A stretch of 62,729 nt of DNA, filler included, from Asterionella formosa (taxonomy: Eukaryota): NCBI GenBank assembly GCA_002256025.1. It is 10 parts of 10 records of this genome, joined end to end, with 100 filler letters (N's around TTAATTAATTAA, not from the genome) between each part and the next. Parts side by side here need not be neighbours in the genome. Positions count along the whole stretch, not along the records: positions 59,606 to 61,117 come from NKIB01002131.1; positions 61,218 to 62,729 come from NKIB01002132.1; 8 more parts are not named here. One strand, given 5' to 3'. A program made the position numbers and the translations under genes. This document shows positions 60,136 through 62,729 of the stretch, piece by piece. The notes under the pieces are model-generated. The model saw only the letters and a list, made by a program, of their open reading frames with translations, did no database searches and had not been told where the DNA came from. The stretch's first letter is position 1; every line of letters begins with the position of its first letter.

Positions 60136-60789
60136 GTACACAGCTTTAGGTAATTTTGGGTTAGGGTTACGGTTACAGAGCCATAGCGCCACTACCGGTA
60201 GTGCGTTTCAGTAAAAAAGTGCTGCTCTTTCTGATTATATAATATACATGGTGTGGATATATATACATGGCTTGCAGTTAAGGCGTGGGTACATTTGTTC
60301 AGTGGAAAACGTGTTTTTAACTATAAATGGTATCAATATATTTATGGCTCGCGGTTAAAGCGTGGGTATATTGCTTTAGTCGAAAAGTGTTGGCTTTTTA
60401 TGAGTCTATATATATCTGGTTTGAATATGTATATATGGCAAGCGGTTATATGTACATATATATTACTCCAATATATTCGATGTGCAATTCCTCTCCCATC
60501 ATACTGTTATCTGTTGCCTATATGGCGTGCTATTGTAATGTACGTCCTGTTACTAAACCCTTACATAGGAGGTATCCTTATCCTTTCTTGTATTGTTTAT
60601 TTAAGGGCAAGTGTTTATTTAAGGGCAAGAAATGGTCGTTTGCCTGTGGCAACACTATTCGAATTTGGTTATGATCAACTCAAACACAACCTCCAAATAT
60701 TTTCAAAAGGTCACATCAGGTGCAATAAGTTCCAACAGTGGTACGCATTTTAGTGAATTTGTTACATCCATTGTCGAGCTCCCATCATA

Positions 60790-61117
60790 ATGAATCGTAA
60801 GACAAAAGGTAAGCATCTGGATAAGGAGGATCGTTATGAGAAACCGCAAATTGACATGACTACCAAACCAGCCATTGACGCGGCCACTACCTTGACAGCC
60901 TTATCGGCAAGGCGATTCAATCCCATTCCTCAAAAGCGTGCATTCATAACTAAAACGCCGCGTATACAACGCGCCCTCAGGAGTGATGGACCGGTCCAAA
61001 CACCGGAGTCGCTAAAAAAAATACCAGGAGAGAAAAGGAAATTTCGACCTGATCCGGCTGAGGCAGACTCTGGATCATTGAAAGTTGCGCCATCGAAGGA
61101 GGAGGAGGAGGAGGAGG
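60790..61117 (+). CDS. hypothetical protein, 3'-truncated at a GAG repeat
   Basis: ATG-started basic ORF running into (GAG)n and the contig end. Confidence 0.35.
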
Positions 61118-61232
61118 NNNNNNNNNNNNNNNNNNNNNNNNNNNNNNNNNNNNNNNNNNNNTTAATTAATTAANNNNNNNNNNNNNNNNNNNNNNNNNNN
61201 NNNNNNNNNNNNNNNNNCAAAACCGATTTAAC

Positions 61233-62285
61233 ATGAATGATTTAACTCCCCAGGTGAAACAGGCCATATTGCATGATGGAAAACTGATTGATGTTGTATG
61301 TTTTGATTTCATGGCTCAGGTTAAGAATCTCTTGACAAATGACACACTAATGTCACCACAAAATGTGTCATTTGATTTCGTCAATCCGTGTAAAGCACCA
61401 CAACCCACCAGTGTCAGATCCGAATTTCACACTGGTACCTGGTGGATAGATGCCCATGAATATTTATGTTCTCAGCCAAATGACTTCCTTGTTCCACTAA
61501 TGTTCTTTATTGACAAGACACACACGGTTGAAAAAGGAAAGTACACAATGGAGCCTGTCCTAATGTCACTTGGTATTTTTACTACCAATGTAAGAAATAA
61601 GGTCAATGCATGGCGGCCAATCGGATTGATCCCAAAGCTGACCTCATCAAGTCTATCTGAAATCCAGTCCCTAACCCCTGATCAAAAGGAATTCGATTAT
61701 CACGCTGTCCTTGGTGTGATTCTTGAGGGGGTCAAGAATGTCCAACAAGCTGGTGGATTCAAACACATTTTCAATTTCGGAGGCAATCAATTTACACTTA
61801 ATGTGAAAGTTCCGGTTGGTCTAATTCTCGGTGATGCTGAAGGTTTAGATGGACAATGCGGACGAAAGAAAACATATCTAAAGACTGCCAGAATGTGTCG
61901 TGAATGTGATTGTCCGTTTGATCAAACGGACAATCCATCTCATGAATGCAGTCCTGTAGGTCAGATTGATTACGAGGAACTATTAATCCGGGGCATAAAA
62001 GATTTATTGGATAAGGTGAGCCAAAGATTCATCTATCCCTTTTGGTATCAGTTGTGTTTTGGTGGCGATCCTAAAGGCGAGAAGAAATACAAAGTGGCTA
62101 AGAAGAAGATCTACGCAAAGTTGCACAGGGACTTTTACAGGTTCAAGAAAAGCAAATTAGACGAAGAATCAGTGGAGACGACAGATGAAAGAATCAAGGT
62201 GGCAAATGAAACTAGGAGTGAATATGAGTATTTCAAACGGTCAATGAAAGAAGTTGCAAGACAATTGAACTTCACTCCAGTTTAG
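61233..62285 (+). mobile_element. Plavaka (CACTA/CMC-related) transposase, truncated or chimeric
   Basis: SEFHTGTWW, PLMFFIDKT...G...EPV.MSLG, RNK..AWRPIG.IP, YH..L..IL, ILGDAEG.D..CG, CRECDC. Family-like sequence ends near GGDPKG (about 62078). Confidence 0.8.
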
Positions 62286-62387
62286 TGAAAATGAATTTCA
62301 ATTTTGACGAATTGACTATTGTCAAAGGGCAAATGAACTACTAGGAACCAAAATTATTACTAATATTACTGATTTACTAATTCAATT

Positions 62388-62725
62388 GTTGACAGCAACT
62401 CATTCTTTCCTTCTTTTTCTATATTGTACTTGCTACAGTTATCGCTCGTTAGAGTATTTGTAGCTGCTCCAAAAAGAAGGATGCCATTGCGGCAAACCTC
62501 AATTTCGAAGCAATACGGCAACATGCATTGAATGTTAAAATATGCAGCAGCTGTTTCAAAACGAATTTATGAATTCGATCGTTGACAGCTGCTCCTCCTC
62601 TGCTTCTTTTTCTATCTTGTACTTGCTCGACTTATTGCTGTAGACTATTTGTAGCCGCTCCGAAAAGAAGACGGTCATTGCGGCACATCTCAATTTTGAC
62701 TCACTACGGCGACATGCAAGGTTGA
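62388..62725. repeat. diverged tandem duplication of about 190 bp
   Basis: GTTGACAGC...CTTCTTTTTCTAT.TTGTACTTGCT...TATTTGTAGC.GCTCC.AAAAGAAG...CATTGCGGCA...CTCAATTT occurs twice. Confidence 0.8.
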
Positions 62726-62729
62726 AATA

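Noticed and set aside
60158..60176. GGGTTAGGGTTACGGTTA as a telomere
   Set aside because: Only about 3 degenerate units, internal to the contig.

Overview
Eukaryotic, most likely diatom (stramenopile) nuclear DNA. Support for this comes from GT-AG introns, a DUF6824 protein, a TatA/B with an ASAFAP-type bipartite plastid leader and CoDi-type Ty1/copia elements. The window is not continuous genome. It is ten contigs (eight of about 1.51 kb, two of about 24.9 kb) joined by 100-nt N/TTAATTAATTAA/N spacers, so adjacency across spacers means nothing. Contig 3229-28103 is a gene-rich housekeeping block: DUF6824 protein, eIF3e, Sec23-like, Mon1, threonine aldolase, GLDH, an EGF-domain membrane protein, a tRNA-splicing endonuclease-like protein and TatA/B. 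Contig 33042-57894 is mostly decayed, nested transposons: several copia elements, a PIF/Harbinger with TIRs and TAA TSD, a LINE endonuclease fragment, tRNA-derived SINEs and MITEs. Embedded in it is the best finding, which the ORF track cannot show: an 8-exon micro-exon gene (40936-42452) predicted to encode a 96-aa secreted Lys/Pro-rich precursor with RXL processing sites and KxxK motifs, i.e. a silaffin-like biosilica peptide precursor. Other notable items are an HExxH membrane domain fused to an internal-Cys class II glutamine amidotransferase, a frameshifted GNAT, a PDZ-like insert in a copia pol, and palindromic GTACCWGGTAC arrays clustered upstream of genes. All family assignments come from reading motifs by eye; no searches were run.
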